In this document: piece after piece, positions 1 through 12,520 of the stretch
Layout of the letters: every line of letters begins with the position of its first letter
Numbering within the stretch: the first letter of the stretch is position 1
Assembly (NCBI RefSeq): GCF_001194135.2
Contig: NC_068990.1
Location: 36,658,593 to 36,707,274, forward strand
Reading direction: 5' to 3'
Length of the DNA stretch: 48,682 nt
DNA from: Octopus bimaculoides
Taxonomy: Eukaryota
The notes under the pieces: model-generated
The model's input: the letters and a program-made list of their open reading frames with translations, nothing else
Database searches by the model: none
Told to the model about the DNA's origin: nothing
Program-made: the position numbers and the translations under genes

Positions 1-1189
1 TATATGTATATATATATATGTATATATATATATGTATGTATATATACAAGCATATACAAGCATTCACAAATACACGTGTGGGGGTATTTATGTATTAATA
101 TTTCAATTAAATGTCCATTACTTAAAGTTTCACAGAAGTGAGTAAAATATTTCTTATTCTTCAAATGCCAACTTCTAAGTGATAAGGCTTTCATTGCTTC
201 TTGGTATGATTGATTATCAGTTGATGATGAACGATGTGCAGAAGTAGTCTCATTTGTTCTGGCTTGAGAGTTCAGTATTAGAAATGACCATGATGGTGAT
301 CATAGATGGGTTATGGCCGATATCAACAGCTATTGAAAAAGAAGTTTATATCTTATGTAAAGGGAAGCAATAGGCTGATGATAAATATATGGTAAAATGC
401 TTATAAGATGATTTTAAATGCTAATCATTTAAAATTAACAAACAGGGAGCCTTGCCTGTGTCAACAAAATGACAGTTTAGTTTTATTACTAAGTGGTATT
501 GTTGCTTGTTGTAATATGTGCAGTTTCTCAGCAATATGTGCTAGCCCCCAATATTATTCAATAGTTGCTAGCACTACCACGAGATCTGAACTAGTCAATG
601 AGAACTAGCCTTGCTTATCATGCAATGCCAAAACAGTCTTACTTAGAAACTGTGAAAGCTTTGTTACCGAGAAGCAGCTATCTGGAATATCAAGAGTATT
701 TTTCTCACTTCTATGAAACTTCAAGTAATGCAAGTTTAAGTCATGTCGCTAATACATGCACGTATAAATACATGCATGCAGACTCATAAAAACATACACA
801 AACATACATGTATACACACACAAACACACATACATATGCATGTGCACATACACATAAGTGTACATGTATTTACACATAAGTGCATACACATAAGTGTGCA
901 TGTATGTATGGATGTATTTATACAATTATGAAAAGGGAAAGAATATGGCTAGGGTAGTGGGCATTAATATGGTTGTAAAGAGAAAAGTAGAAGCAAAATT
1001 TATGTGTGGAAGGGATAGAGATACATATGAAAGTTGATGAGGAGAAAATAAAACAAGGAGAGATACTGGTAGGATGGGGAAGATGTTGTCAGGGCTAAGA
1101 AAAAGATGAAAATGAATAAAGTGGCAGAGGATGGGTGGTAGGATGAAGGGAAGAAGGAGAGAAGGTACAACATGAAAAGAAAAAGGACT

Positions 1190-1975
1190 ATTTGGTTATT
1201 AGTGTTGAAGTGATGGAGGTATTGGTGGTTGTAGTGATAGTATAAGTAGCTGGTGGTGGTAATAGCATTAGTTGTGGCAGCTGTAGTAGTGGTGATGTGG
1301 GTGACAGTAGTTGTGGTGGTGGGAGTTTTCAGTAGCATTGTTGTACATAGTTCTGTGTTGGTAGTTATTGTAGTATGGGTGTGGTGATAGCATAGGTGGT
1401 AGAAATAACTGTGGTATAGTTGGTTGTAGTGCTGGCAGTGTATGTGGTTGTAGTGGGGTTGTAGTTCACAGTGTTAGTGTTGATGCTGATGGTAAAAAGT
1501 GTAGATGGTGTAGATTGTGGTGAGGTGGTAGTATAAGTATTGGTGTGTTCATTGTACTGGTAGTTGTACACTGTCTTCGTGGTAGTTTTGATGTTTGTTG
1601 CTAGTGTTGGTCACAAGGGTAGTGTTTGTGATAGAAACCTTGTTGTATAGGTGTCACTGGTATCAATTGTGATGGTAGTGTTGATGGTAGTAGCAGTCAT
1701 GTGATGTAGGTGTTGGTGTGTTTTTTTCACTTGTGTTGATAGTATTGGAGGTAGTAGCTAGTAGGTGTTGGTGGTAGTTGCTGTGATAGTGGCGTTCTTG
1801 ATATTGGTGAGAACGATGTTATTGTTTGCGTTGGTGACAGAAATATTGAAGATGGTGATGCTGTTCATTGTGGTGTTGGTGGTACACTTGAAAATGTTTG
1901 CATTGGTGGGTTTTGGTAGCGGTGTTGGTGTTGGTGGTAGTATGTTAAATTGATGGTAGAGTGGGGTGGTAGTGG
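1190..1975. repeat. GTG/GTA-rich low-complexity tract
   Basis: Degenerate GGT/GTA/GTT trinucleotide runs; produces Thr- or Val-rich spurious ORFs. Confidence 0.85.
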
Positions 1976-2359
1976 TTTAGAGATGAAAGGCTGGTGAGTA
2001 GCGGGGAGAGACAGTGGGAAGTGAGAGAAATGAATTATATGTAAACAGAAGGGAGAATAGAAGAATGGTAAGGAAGAAGAGAGAAGAAAGATGAAAGAAA
2101 GAGAGAGAAAATGAAGAGAAGTTGAGTGGAATGGAATGGGTAGGGGTGTGGGGAAACAGGGAGTGGGGAGAAGGGGTCAGCGAAGAAATTTTCGAAGAAG
2201 AGATTAGAAAATTCAATTAAGCGAGAGTTTTGCAAATGAAAAGCGACAAGGTAGTATGGAATATTATTTGCAGGCATATGAAGGACACGAAATACTGGAG
2301 CGGCATTGCTCCATGAAATATTCTTAGAACTGGTAATGGCACTTTCACTTAGACATACC

Positions 2360-2905
2360 AACCAGTCCCACCACCACCACCACCACCGACACAAACATCA
2401 CTACATCACTCCACCATCACCACAACCTTTGCCATACAGCCATCATCATAACCGTCACTGTAACCATCATTATAACCACCAATACAACCATTATCACTAT
2501 AATCATCACTACAAACATTACCATAAACACCACTAGAACCACAACTACAACCATCAGCATAACCACTACTGCAAGCATCACCATAACCACTTCTGCAACT
2601 GCCACGATAACCATCACCACAACAACCACTAAACTCACCACCAGAATTATCAGCACTACACTCTTCACCACAGCTGTCATCACAACCATTATCACGAACA
2701 TCACTACAACGCCTACCAAAGCCATCATCATGGCCGTCATGACAACCACCACAACATTTATAACTTCAATCACCACCAAAACCACCACTTCAACCACCAT
2801 CCGAACTACCACCACAGCCACTACCACAACCATCACTGTAGCTAACACCAGTCACGACTTGAAACTGCACTGCAATTATCACCACAACTATTATTGTAGT
2901 TGTGA
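2360..2905. repeat. CAC/CAT/ACC-rich low-complexity tract
   Basis: Degenerate ACC/CAT/CAC runs; His-, Thr- and Val-rich spurious ORFs. Confidence 0.85.
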
Positions 2906-3265
2906 GTGAAATCAATTTTGGACTGAAGTCCTCAAATATTGGTAAAAAGTAGAAATAATTAGATGACCAATCATTATTTTATCATACATGTAATCCAATG
3001 GGATGTCCATAAATTTGGTTGTGACTCAGAGAATGTCCTGCTCACAGGGGAAGGGAATCAGCTATGGGCTGAACAGAAGACTGTGTGCCATTATGATTAT
3101 GTGCTAGCTGATAGGAGAGAGTCCTTTGGTACTATACATATCAACATTTTCGGAGTAGAAACAATGTAAGCAGTGTAAACACATTTTCCACTACTAACAC
3201 AGAATTTCAGTGGTACTATAATGAGAAGTTATATTCAGTTGTATCCTAACATTAGACTGTGGTGA

Positions 3266-3467
3266 AATATTAACTTCAGATTTTGGCACAAGGCCAGCAA
3301 GTTCAGGAGGGTGTTAGTCAATTACATCAATCCCAGTGTTCAACTGGTACTTATTTTATTTACCCCCAAAAGGATAAAAAGCAATGTCGATCTCAATGGA
3401 ATTTGAACTCAGAATGCTGCTAAGTATTTTGCTCAGCATGCTAATAATTCTGCTAGTTCACTGCCTT
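3266..3467 (-). mobile_element. tRNA-derived SINE, family A (old, CpG-depleted)
   Basis: Homologous to the copies at 30.4, 44.4 and 45.7-46.7 kb (ggcacaaggcc...actggtacttatttt...ggaatttgaactcagaa). Confidence 0.85.
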
Positions 3468-3629
3468 GCCTTACTGTGGTGTATGTGGTTGTAGTGGTGT
3501 TGGTGTTCACAGTGTTAGTGTTGATGTTGCTGATAAAGTGTTGATGTTGTAGGTGGTGGTAGTGTTGGTGGTGTAGTATAGATTGTGGTGAGGTGGTAGT
3601 ATAAGTATTGGTGTGTTCATTGTACTGGT

Positions 3630-3735
3630 ATCATCATCATCATCATCATCGTTTAACGTCCGCTTTCCATGCTAGCATGGGTTGGACGATTTGACTGAGG
3701 ACTGGTGAAACCGGATGGCAACACCAGGCTCCAAG
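3630..3735 (-). mobile_element. RTE-type LINE 3' end fragment with (GAT)n tail
   Basis: catcatc...gtttaacgtccgctttccatgctagcatgggttggacg is the reverse complement of the tail at 13.46-13.52 kb. Confidence 0.75.
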
Positions 3736-3743
3736 TTGTGCAC

Positions 3744-3948
3744 AAATTTTGGCACAAGGCCAGCAAAGTTGGGGAGGCTGTAGGTCAATATCATCAACCT
3801 CAATGTTTAACTGGTACTTATTTTATCGACCTTCAAAGGATGAAAATCAAATTTGACCTCAGCAGAATTTGAACTCAGAATGTAAAGACAGACAAAATGT
3901 CGCTAAGCATTTTGCCCGGCATGTTAAACAATTCAGTTAGCTCACCGA
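3744..3948 (-). mobile_element. tRNA-derived SINE, family A
   Basis: Same family motifs as the 3266-3467 and 46487-46706 copies. Confidence 0.85.
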
Positions 3949-3989
3949 TTTACTGTTGTGAAATATTTCTATAGAACAAACTCTACTAG

Positions 3990-4190
3990 AGACATTAGAT
4001 TTGTTGTTGCTTAGATCTTGCTGAACTCTGAATGACTAGCCCTATTATCAAAATCATTGCATCCACAGCCATGCCATCGTTATTTCCGACAATGTGTCTG
4101 CAGTTACATTATCTAATGTGTCCTTCCTCTTGTAAAGCATGGTGTAATTTGAGAGACATTTGACTGCTTTTTCTCTACAGAGAACTTGGC
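3990..4190 (+). mobile_element. Degenerate SINE-like repeat
   Basis: Resembles, from memory, a common octopus dispersed repeat (gtgtaatttgagagacatttgactgct); not verified within the window. Confidence 0.4.
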
Positions 4191-4784
4191 AAGCTGGATG
4201 GCAACATTAAATTAGTTGCCATGTTAGGTATGCCAGTTAAAATGTTTCAACATGGACCACCTTAAAAGAAATTATAGAGAAATAATTTAACTTTTAGAAA
4301 CTTTAAATAGCAATACACTATATAATTAACTTCATATACACTCATCTTGAATGTTTTAAGTATAAAATATGTAGGACACTTGTGTTAAAGGTCAGAGAAT
4401 GTAACAAAGTAGTTTAAATGAATTGTATTCTATACACTCAAGATTTAATACAATGAGTGTGAACAGATATAATAAGAAAGATATAGGGTTATACTGTTAG
4501 ACTTGCCAATTATAGTATCTCATAATGACAAAAATATGGTTATATGTGTGCGTGAGTGTGTGAGTAAATAAAATGTTTATGTGCAACACAGAATGTATTA
4601 AAAAATCTAAGATAATTTTAAAGTAGTTAATTTAAGCCATTAGCTGTGTAACTTTAAACAGATGAGGCTCCTCTCTACTTTCTGGTGTACAAAGAGCGTT
4701 ACAAGTAATATTCTCATCTGCTTAATTTTCACAGTTAAAAGTTTATAACTGATGTTTAGCTATTTAATCATCAAAACCACCACC

Positions 4785-5010
4785 ACCACCATTATCATCA
4801 TCATTTAAAGTCTATCTTCCATACTGGAATGTGTTGGATGACTTGACAGGATTTGATAAGTCCAAGGACTGCATCATTCTCCAGTATCTGCTTTGGCATG
4901 GTTTCTATGGCTGGATGCCTCTCCTAATCTCAACTCCTTTACAGCATGTCCTGGGTGCTTTTCTCACATCAATGGCACTAGTGAAGTCCCCATGTAGCTT
5001 ATAAGACTAC
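4785..5010 (-). mobile_element. RTE-type LINE 3' UTR fragment
   Basis: catcatcattt...ggcatggtttctatggctggatgcc matches the reverse complement of 13.37-13.51 kb. Confidence 0.7.
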
Positions 5011-5537
5011 AAAACCTCAGGAGGTGGAGTGGCTTTATGCTCGGAGAACTTTAAGCTATGAGAAGGAGTTGGGGGTAGAACAAGTTGTTGGCTACTCCCA
5101 TTTACTAAAGAGATACTAAATACTACCAAATACCTCCCTAAATATGGCATAAAAATGGTAGCTGAATGAAACACTAAATCTTTGCATCTGCTGGTTCATT
5201 CTCACTTTGTCATGTAAATGCAAGTAGCCACATAGATCCTCTACAAGAACCTGCTTTACCCCAGCCTAAGAGACAGCGAGTGAGAGGTAGAAAGAAAGAA
5301 AAAGAGAGAGAGAGCAACAGAGACAGACAGACAGAGTGCTATTACTTAATGTATTTCCCAATGAACAGTTGCCCTCCATTAATTTAGCTGGTTTCCATGT
5401 TATTAAGCCTTATATATTGGTAGAACAGCTGTAACTTGGTTCAAGATTGTTTTATTGAATTGTTTTCTGTGTTGGTGGTTGATTAGGAAATGCATTTTTT
5501 ATTAAGGCTAGAAAGTAGGGAATATATTCAAAGCAGA

Positions 5538-5943
5538 AGTGCTACTTGAGAAGGCCTATCAAGCCAAATGAAACCGTAGTTGTGGCTGTTGCTGGTGTCA
5601 TGTGAAATCGTAATTGTAACCATTGCCTGTGGCATGATCTTCAAATGTTGGGACTCATGGAGGCAATGACAAGTGACTGAAACATTGGCAATACACTGTG
5701 CTTGAGAAGACTCATCAAGCCTAGTGAAACCTCAATCGTAGCCATTGCCAATGTCAGGTAAGTGGCACCCATGAAATCATAGTCATGGCCATTGCTGGTG
5801 TCATGTAATTAGTATCTGTGCTGGTGGAACATAAAAGCACACATTACACTCTTGGAGTAGTTAGTGTTGGGAAGGGCTTACCAGTTTCATTCAATCTGTC
5901 TAACCCATGCCAGCACGGAAAGCAGACATTAAATGATGATGAG
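5538..5943 (+). mobile_element. RTE-type LINE 3' UTR fragment
   Basis: Shares gtgcttgagaagac, gaggcaatgacaag, cattacactc and the (GAT)n tail with 12.5-13.5 kb. Confidence 0.75.
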
Positions 5944-7094
5944 AATTCATCACTTACAAATCAAACTGTAATATTATGCACGAATATAATGGAAGTACAA
6001 TATAAGATAAATTTAAACAATGATAATTCAGTCACACTTCTTTCAGAAGAAATATTCCACTGAGCATGGTGTAATATTCGTCGAAGGTCATAACCATCTC
6101 AAGCAAGACAGAAATTGTCAGTAGTGTAGCAACCACTGGGGCATATATTCAGTATCTATGGCTGGGAACCTCTACCAAGTAATGTTGAATAGGTTGATTG
6201 TCTATCTTGAAGATGACCTTTTGTGACTTAGTGAAGGTTGCAATACGTGATGCTTGATGCACATTAACTTCATGAGAAGTGTCATGAGCAGAATCATGAT
6301 CCCTAAAGTAGCCACTTTGGCCATTCTGCATGATTTTATATACAACATTTATGCATAACTGCTTAGAACCACTGCTGATCACATGAAACTCAATATAATC
6401 TGCTGCATATCCAGATCAGATTGTCAGCAACTAACATGGTAACCTCATTAAGCCTACTTTGTGAACAGAATAATTAGTTGAAATCCAGAAGGATGAAAAT
6501 CAAAACCTCTCAAATGATTGACCAAATCATGAAAGTTAGCAGCCATTAAATATTGTGCATATATGCAATTTTAAGATAAATGTAAAGAATGAATTTTCAG
6601 TGGATTGTGTAGATAAAACTCAAGCATCAATGGGTAACAACGTTACTGTGAGACTCAAACTTCAGAGCATGTTCAAAGTTATATGTTGATTTGACCATCT
6701 CAGTGCATCTTTGATACACTCTTAGTCATCTTATTCACCTTCCTACTTTATACTGAAAGACTGGGACCAGAAAAAAAGGGAGGTTGCTCATCTAGTGTCA
6801 TCTTCTCTCACAATAAGGTAACACCAGCGCAATCAAGACTCAAATTTTTTCAACCCGCAAATAGACTGTAAGACTTTAATAGTGGCAGATATTCAAAAGT
6901 CAAAGGCCTTTCCTGTTGCTAATTCTCACATGCTTCCAAGTAAGGTGAAATACCACATGACCAGATATATTCTCATAGAATTTTGGAAATGAATGACAAT
7001 ACTTATGACAGTGATGCTCTTTTACAACTATGACAGTGCAATGTCAAAATAAAGAAGAAAACATAGTCACACATACACACACAGATAGATATGA

Positions 7095-7203
7095 AGATAT
7101 GATGGGCTTCTTTCTTTCTACCAGATCAACTCAGAAAGGTGTGAGTGAACTGGAGTTGTGATAGAAAGTACTTGCCCAGGTGCCATGCAGTGAAACTTAA
7201 CCC
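7095..7203 (-). mobile_element. tRNA-derived SINE family B fragment
   Basis: gggcttcttt...cttgcccaggtgccatgcagtg matches 33.45-33.55 kb. Confidence 0.6.
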
Positions 7204-7890
7204 AAAAGTCTGTGTGAGAAGGGTTCCAAGAGAACTTACTGAAGTGCATAAGCACAAGTGTATGGAGATCTGTTGATGATTACTCAACCACTACAATGAT
7301 GAAGGTAAAGCATTTTTGGAGAGGATAGTCAAGGAGACGAAACCTGAGACCATCACTAAGAGACAGAAACCAAAAGGTAGAGTATGGAGTGGAAACATCC
7401 AGAATCACCAGCAAAAATAGAAATTCAAAACTCAATCTTCTGCAGAAAAAGTGATGCTAAACACTTTTTATTTTAATGAAAAAGGGCCTATACTGGATCA
7501 TTGCCTGGAAAAGAGATCAACAGTCACCAGTACAGGCTACAGTGAAATGCTGTAGCCTACACTAAACATCAAAATCTATCGTGAAAGCAAGTGATATTAT
7601 TGCATGACAATGTACGACCATATATGGCGACCCACAACATTGAAACCATTGAAGAATTTAGTCTCGAATTGCTGGAACATCCTGCATACAGTCCAGATCT
7701 CACACCTTCTGACTATGAACTCTTTAGATTGCTCAACCATCTTTTATGAGGTCGTTGATTTACTTGAAGAAGCACAGGAAGTGGTTCATAAATGGTTGTG
7801 TAACCAGCCAAAAATCTTCTTCTCCCGAGGAATAAGCAAACTTGTGGATAAACTGGAAAAAGTGCATCAGAGAACAAGAACACTGTGAGA
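7204..7890 (+). pseudogene. Mariner (Tc1/mariner) transposase relic
   Basis: Frameshift-corrected translation gives RVPRELT, GDET, KFKTQSSAEKVM, LLHDNVRP and HPAYSPDLTPSDY, the mariner catalytic-domain motifs; multiple stops and frameshifts. Confidence 0.92.
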
Positions 7891-7914
7891 GATACAGACT
7901 GATGTCACATCTGG

Positions 7915-8115
7915 AATATGGTCCAGGCCTAGCTCCCTTGGATTATTACTTGCTCTGATTCAAGGTTCCCATCCTGAACTTGCAATACTTCATCAGCCAA
8001 GAAACTTCAGTGAAGAATTCTTTGCCTTGAAGGACAACAACTGGTTTCAACATGGGACCAAAGAACTGGCAGAAAGGTGACTTCAGATGGTGCAAAACAA
8101 TGACCTCTAATTCGA
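7915..8115 (+). pseudogene. Second mariner transposase C-terminal fragment
   Basis: PGLAPLDYYL (SPDLAPSDY-like), then EFFALKDNNWFQHGTKELAER*LQMVQNND. Confidence 0.7.
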
Positions 8116-8129
8116 ATGCTAGGGTGCTA

Positions 8130-8660
8130 TGGTTGTAACTAAACAAATAAAGTCAATAAGTTACCAAAATATTGCAAAACTTTTGACTCAACATAATACT
8201 ATTTATATTAACGCCTTGCCTTTCATTTCTAAGAAATATAGTTATAATCTTAAAAATTCAGACATATTCTTCCATGAGAATTGTTATACATCACTTTTTA
8301 ACCAAGGAAATGCACTGACAATTATTTCTATTATAAAGCAGTAATTTATTTTTTTCCCTCAAATTAGTTTATAAAATGTGTATCTTTGTATGCGTAAACA
8401 AGCCTGTTGAAATGTACGTGAATATACATAGACTCCAACTTACAATTCCATAATGATATTTCTATGTATATACATAGTGAAAAATCATATTTATTGTTTG
8501 ATAAACTTTTATTTATTATTAGTTTTTGTGTTTGTCTACAGGGCTTTTTTTATATTTGATATACTTTCTTTAATTTATTCCCTTGTAGTATAATTTTTAG
8601 TTTTTCCATTTCTTTCTTTTTAGATTTTACGATGTTTTTGTCTGAAATTGGAGACATTCT
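8130..8660 (+). mobile_element. Probable PLE 3' end (ORF tail, decayed HHR, T-rich tail)
   Basis: A short ORF remnant ends at 8344 and is followed by an HHR-shaped motif at 8396-8499, then a T-rich tail running into microsatellites. Confidence 0.5.
8396..8499 (+). ncRNA. Decayed type I hammerhead-like motif
   Basis: aaacaa/ttgttt (stem I, offset by 2 nt); core CTGTTGA (A6>U); stem II atatacatag/ctatgtatat; GAAA; stem III aat/att; UUA site. Confidence 0.4.
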
Positions 8661-9550
8661 CATGAATTTCATAATTATATAAATGGACAGAGGCCAAACA
8701 AACAAATATAGTTACATATTTACACATACACTAACACAAAAACATGCACACACACACACCACATATCTGTTTATTTATATGTATATTTGTATATGTGTGT
8801 GTGTATGTGTATATATATATGCATGTGTGTTTGTATATATGTATATACATATATATGTATATATATATTCTTATATTAATATATTCATATATACATCTAT
8901 GTATAATGCAATGAATTCAATATAAATATTCTATCTGAGAGCAAGAGATTGTTCACAAGTAATTCAATGTCTCCATTAAAACAAATAGTGTAAGAACTTG
9001 TAAGAAATCAAAGCCATGAATATTGGTATATAAATGGAATATTCCGGAAAGAAACACTTTATTTTTTCAGTAGACTTCTATTTAGTTTTCTTTCAATTTA
9101 CTTTCAATTATTTTTGGATTGTTGTTGTTGATTTTTCGTTATTTTTTTGTTGTTGTTGTTAATGTTTATTAAGTATGTGGTTTTTTCATTCCGTAAGACA
9201 AGAGTAACCTATAAATTGTAAGTAACTTTTCAAAGCAGAGTTTGGAATTGTGTGGTGGGGTATGTGGATTACAGAATAGTTGTCTCAATGGATACATTTG
9301 TCTGGGTAGCTTGAGAAGTTTCATTCACATGTAAAATGGAAGAGAGACATAACCTTTGCAGATAATAGTTATAAAAATATGGATGAATATGTAATCATAT
9401 ATGTACATATATGCATATACATAGTTATATATATAATACAAATATATATATATATATATATATAATATAATATAATATAAAGAGAGTGAGAGAGAGAAAG
9501 AGAGAGGTACATATATATATATATATATATATAGATAGATAGATAAATGC

Positions 9551-9589
<39 letters not shown>

Positions 9590-9664
9590 ATATAAATAAT
9601 ATATATATATATGCATGCATATATACATACATATATGAACATAATTACATCTACAAATAAATAC

Positions 9665-9694
<30 letters not shown>

Positions 9695-9695
<1 letters not shown>

Positions 9696-9975
9696 TGCAT
9701 ATGGGTACAGGACATCATGAAACATGTACAACAAAAAAATATGAAGCACGAGTACATGGAATATGAATTAGTTTTTTGAACAACAAAAGACACAAATGGA
9801 AAACAAGACAAACAACATAAAGCACGACCCTTCACTAGTTGTTGCCTGTTTTTCTACTCTCGTATTTTGAGCATTTAACAATAATATGTGCTTTCAATAA
9901 AACAGTTGCTCCCACCAAGCAAATTAAATAAAATTTGGGATTTTGCAGAAGGTCAAAATTGGTAACACAAACAGG
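9695..9975 (-). mobile_element. PLE pseudo-LTR-like repeat, family X
   Basis: Homologous to 21445-21690(+): aatgctcaaaat...acaact...aagggtc...gtcctgtacccatat. Ends in (TA)n and has a decayed HHR core, CTAGTGA, at 9838-9832. Confidence 0.6.
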
Positions 9976-10263
9976 ACAGGGAAAACAAACAGAAAGGGCT
10001 GCTAAGCCTAAACGAGGTTGTGGTGGCAAACGTGTAAATCAAGCCTGGACAGGAGACAGACAAGAACATGTCTTCCTTGTTCCAGTTACAATCGAGAGAG
10101 AGAAAGTAACACAAGTTAGAAGAAAGAAAATAGCCGATGGTCTTTTACCTCCCTTTCTCTCACTCTTCTATCCTATTACTGTGTCACTCTCTCTCCCTCA
10201 CCTGTCCCACGTGACCATCGGCCATCTTTCTGTACATGAGTCAAAGAAACACATGAATGATAT

Positions 10264-10561
10264 CAGTGGTTCTCAGCCAGGTTCCATATGGCCCCCAAAG
10301 CTCCATATAAGATTTTGGGTGTCCACACGACAAAATAGTAAATTGGAGTTCTACAATAGTGCTTTAAGGAGCCCCTGGAAAATTTTTGCTTTAGATGTAT
10401 GCATTGGTATTTATTGCAAGAGTCAGCCAGGTATCTTTCTCTAACAATTTACATAGTTCAACCTTCATAAGTTAATGTGTGAAAAGCAAAATAGGAATTT
10501 TGAAAAAGAATAAAATTGTAATCAAAGGGGTCCATAGATAAAAAATGGTTGAGAATTCCTG
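10264..10561. mobile_element. hAT (Charlie-like) MITE
   Basis: Termini cagtggttctcagcc...ggttgagaattcctg; TSD not recognisable. Confidence 0.7.
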
Positions 10562-12305
10562 GTGTAGATCAATAGAGAGCGTGGCTTTTATGCCACAGTA
10601 CAGGAAAGTAGTCAAAGCAGATATAATAAAGGGTGGAAAAGGATTTGCAAGATCCACACCAAAAGCAGTGCCAAATAGAAGGTGTAGAAACAAGAAGCAT
10701 AAGATTATTAAATGGTAAGAAGCTTAGTTGATATACTTGTCAGTGTAAAACTTACCCCAGAGCTGAATGTCCAGAAGACTAGGTAAATTTGAGCAAGTAG
10801 AATAAATAGATGAATACATATAAGATAAACGAAAATAAGGAAAATTGATAGCAACATTAAAAAGAGCAGCAAATACCTTTTTTCAGATCACCACCAGCAA
10901 AATCTCTGAGGAAGGCAATTGAAGCATCAATATTCAAACTAGGTGAGCAAACAGTTAATTTTGTAACAGCAGCAACCTATATTTCCATACCATCATCGAG
11001 CGATGAGGAAGCAATGACACTTACTGATAAACATTCCCAAACAGTCAGTGAAAATACAAAAGGAAAAGAAAAAATCACAGAAAAAAATGACTCAATGTAA
11101 AACAATGAAAATAGGTGAGGAGAAACAATTTTTTTCCAGATGACAATCAAATCCATATTCAGGAAAATAATGAAAAAAATGAAGAGAATGAAGAGCAAAT
11201 AAAATTCTCTCCCCTTCGATAATCCAACAAACAGCTTAAAGACAAAGTTAGTCACCTCTGGTGCCACAGATTATCCGAATAAGTTAGAATGACACAAAAA
11301 CAGTTAAGTTCAGCAATACTAATAACATAAAAGACAGATCGTTAATAAAAATAAAAGTCAGACATTGCACCGAAAATAAAGAAATTACTCTCAAGATGTT
11401 GATATTTTATGACACTAAATGACTTGAAAGATACTTACTGGTGTATCTGGTTGCACTCAAAAATAGTTTGCGAAATTAATTGAACAGAGTTGCGGTGTGA
11501 CTTAACTCGACTTAAGCAGTAATCTTAATTTATTTTGTTTCAAATAATTGTATTTTTTGTTAGACTTTACCAACATTTCTGAGTAAATATGAGAGTGTGT
11601 ATGCACATGTGTGTATGTAAGTATATGTATTTGCATGAACGTCTCTGTATGTCTTTAAAAGTCAGAATTTTTTTTCTATATTTGTATAATGTTTTTCTTC
11701 GTAATTTGTTAACATGGGCTTTGTTCGTGCTCCACTTTATCTTTACTTTCTTTATAACCCCTAGTGAAAAATTTTTGTGTTGTTTGTCATTATCAATATT
11801 GTTGTTATTGTTGTGGTGGTGGTTCCTCTATTCCATTGTATAGTATGGATATAACATACAAATTTTATTGTTTTTTTTCTTCTACATATTGACAGTCTGC
11901 CTTAATGAAAGTCTTTAGACTGAAGGTACTTTCTAAGAATATGTACTGTTACATGGAGAAAGGAGAGGTTTACTTGCATATCAATCTTGATATCCACTCA
12001 CTCCAAACGATATGGTAAAATTTCGAGGAATTGCATCTAATACTTTGATAATAACCGTACTACTTTTGCCTTTGCTGCTGGGCATCTCCATATTCTTACT
12101 ATCTCTTTTAAAATCGGCATGTTTAGATGTTTTCTTCTTCCTTGCAATGATTTTCTCTGAAAGAATTGTAACATCTATGATGAAGAGTTTTTTTTTATAT
12201 AGTGATTTCTGCTCTGTGGTGCTCAATTGTCTGGTTGTTGAAATTTTACAGGATTTTTGGTTGACAAGCTTCATTTAGAGCCTGCTCTAGTAAGAGATAA
12301 ATATA

Positions 12306-12507
12306 ATTTAATGTAAGCTGTATATAGTTATGAGCTATTAATAGTTTCATACATTAAAGATATTAACTAGGCAGGTATAGGACATGTGCCCAGAGCCTAA
12401 AGATTATTTGGAGACACTAGACATGTTTCAAAATCTGCTTAGATAATATCTTCAATGTATCAAACTATTAGCAGCTCATAACTATATACTTTGTGCATTA
12501 AACAATA
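12306..12507. mobile_element. Foldback element / MITE with ~55-bp inverted arms
   Basis: 12320-12374 and 12435-12489 are reverse complements with about 6 mismatches. Confidence 0.75.
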
Positions 12508-12520
12508 CAGAATATAGACT

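Noticed and set aside
10887-10942. 56-nt exon with AG/GTGAGC
   Set aside because: The frame continues through the donor, so it is better explained as decayed element coding sequence.
11981-12278. Overlapping 88-97 aa ORFs
   Set aside because: No recognisable domain or convincing splice context.
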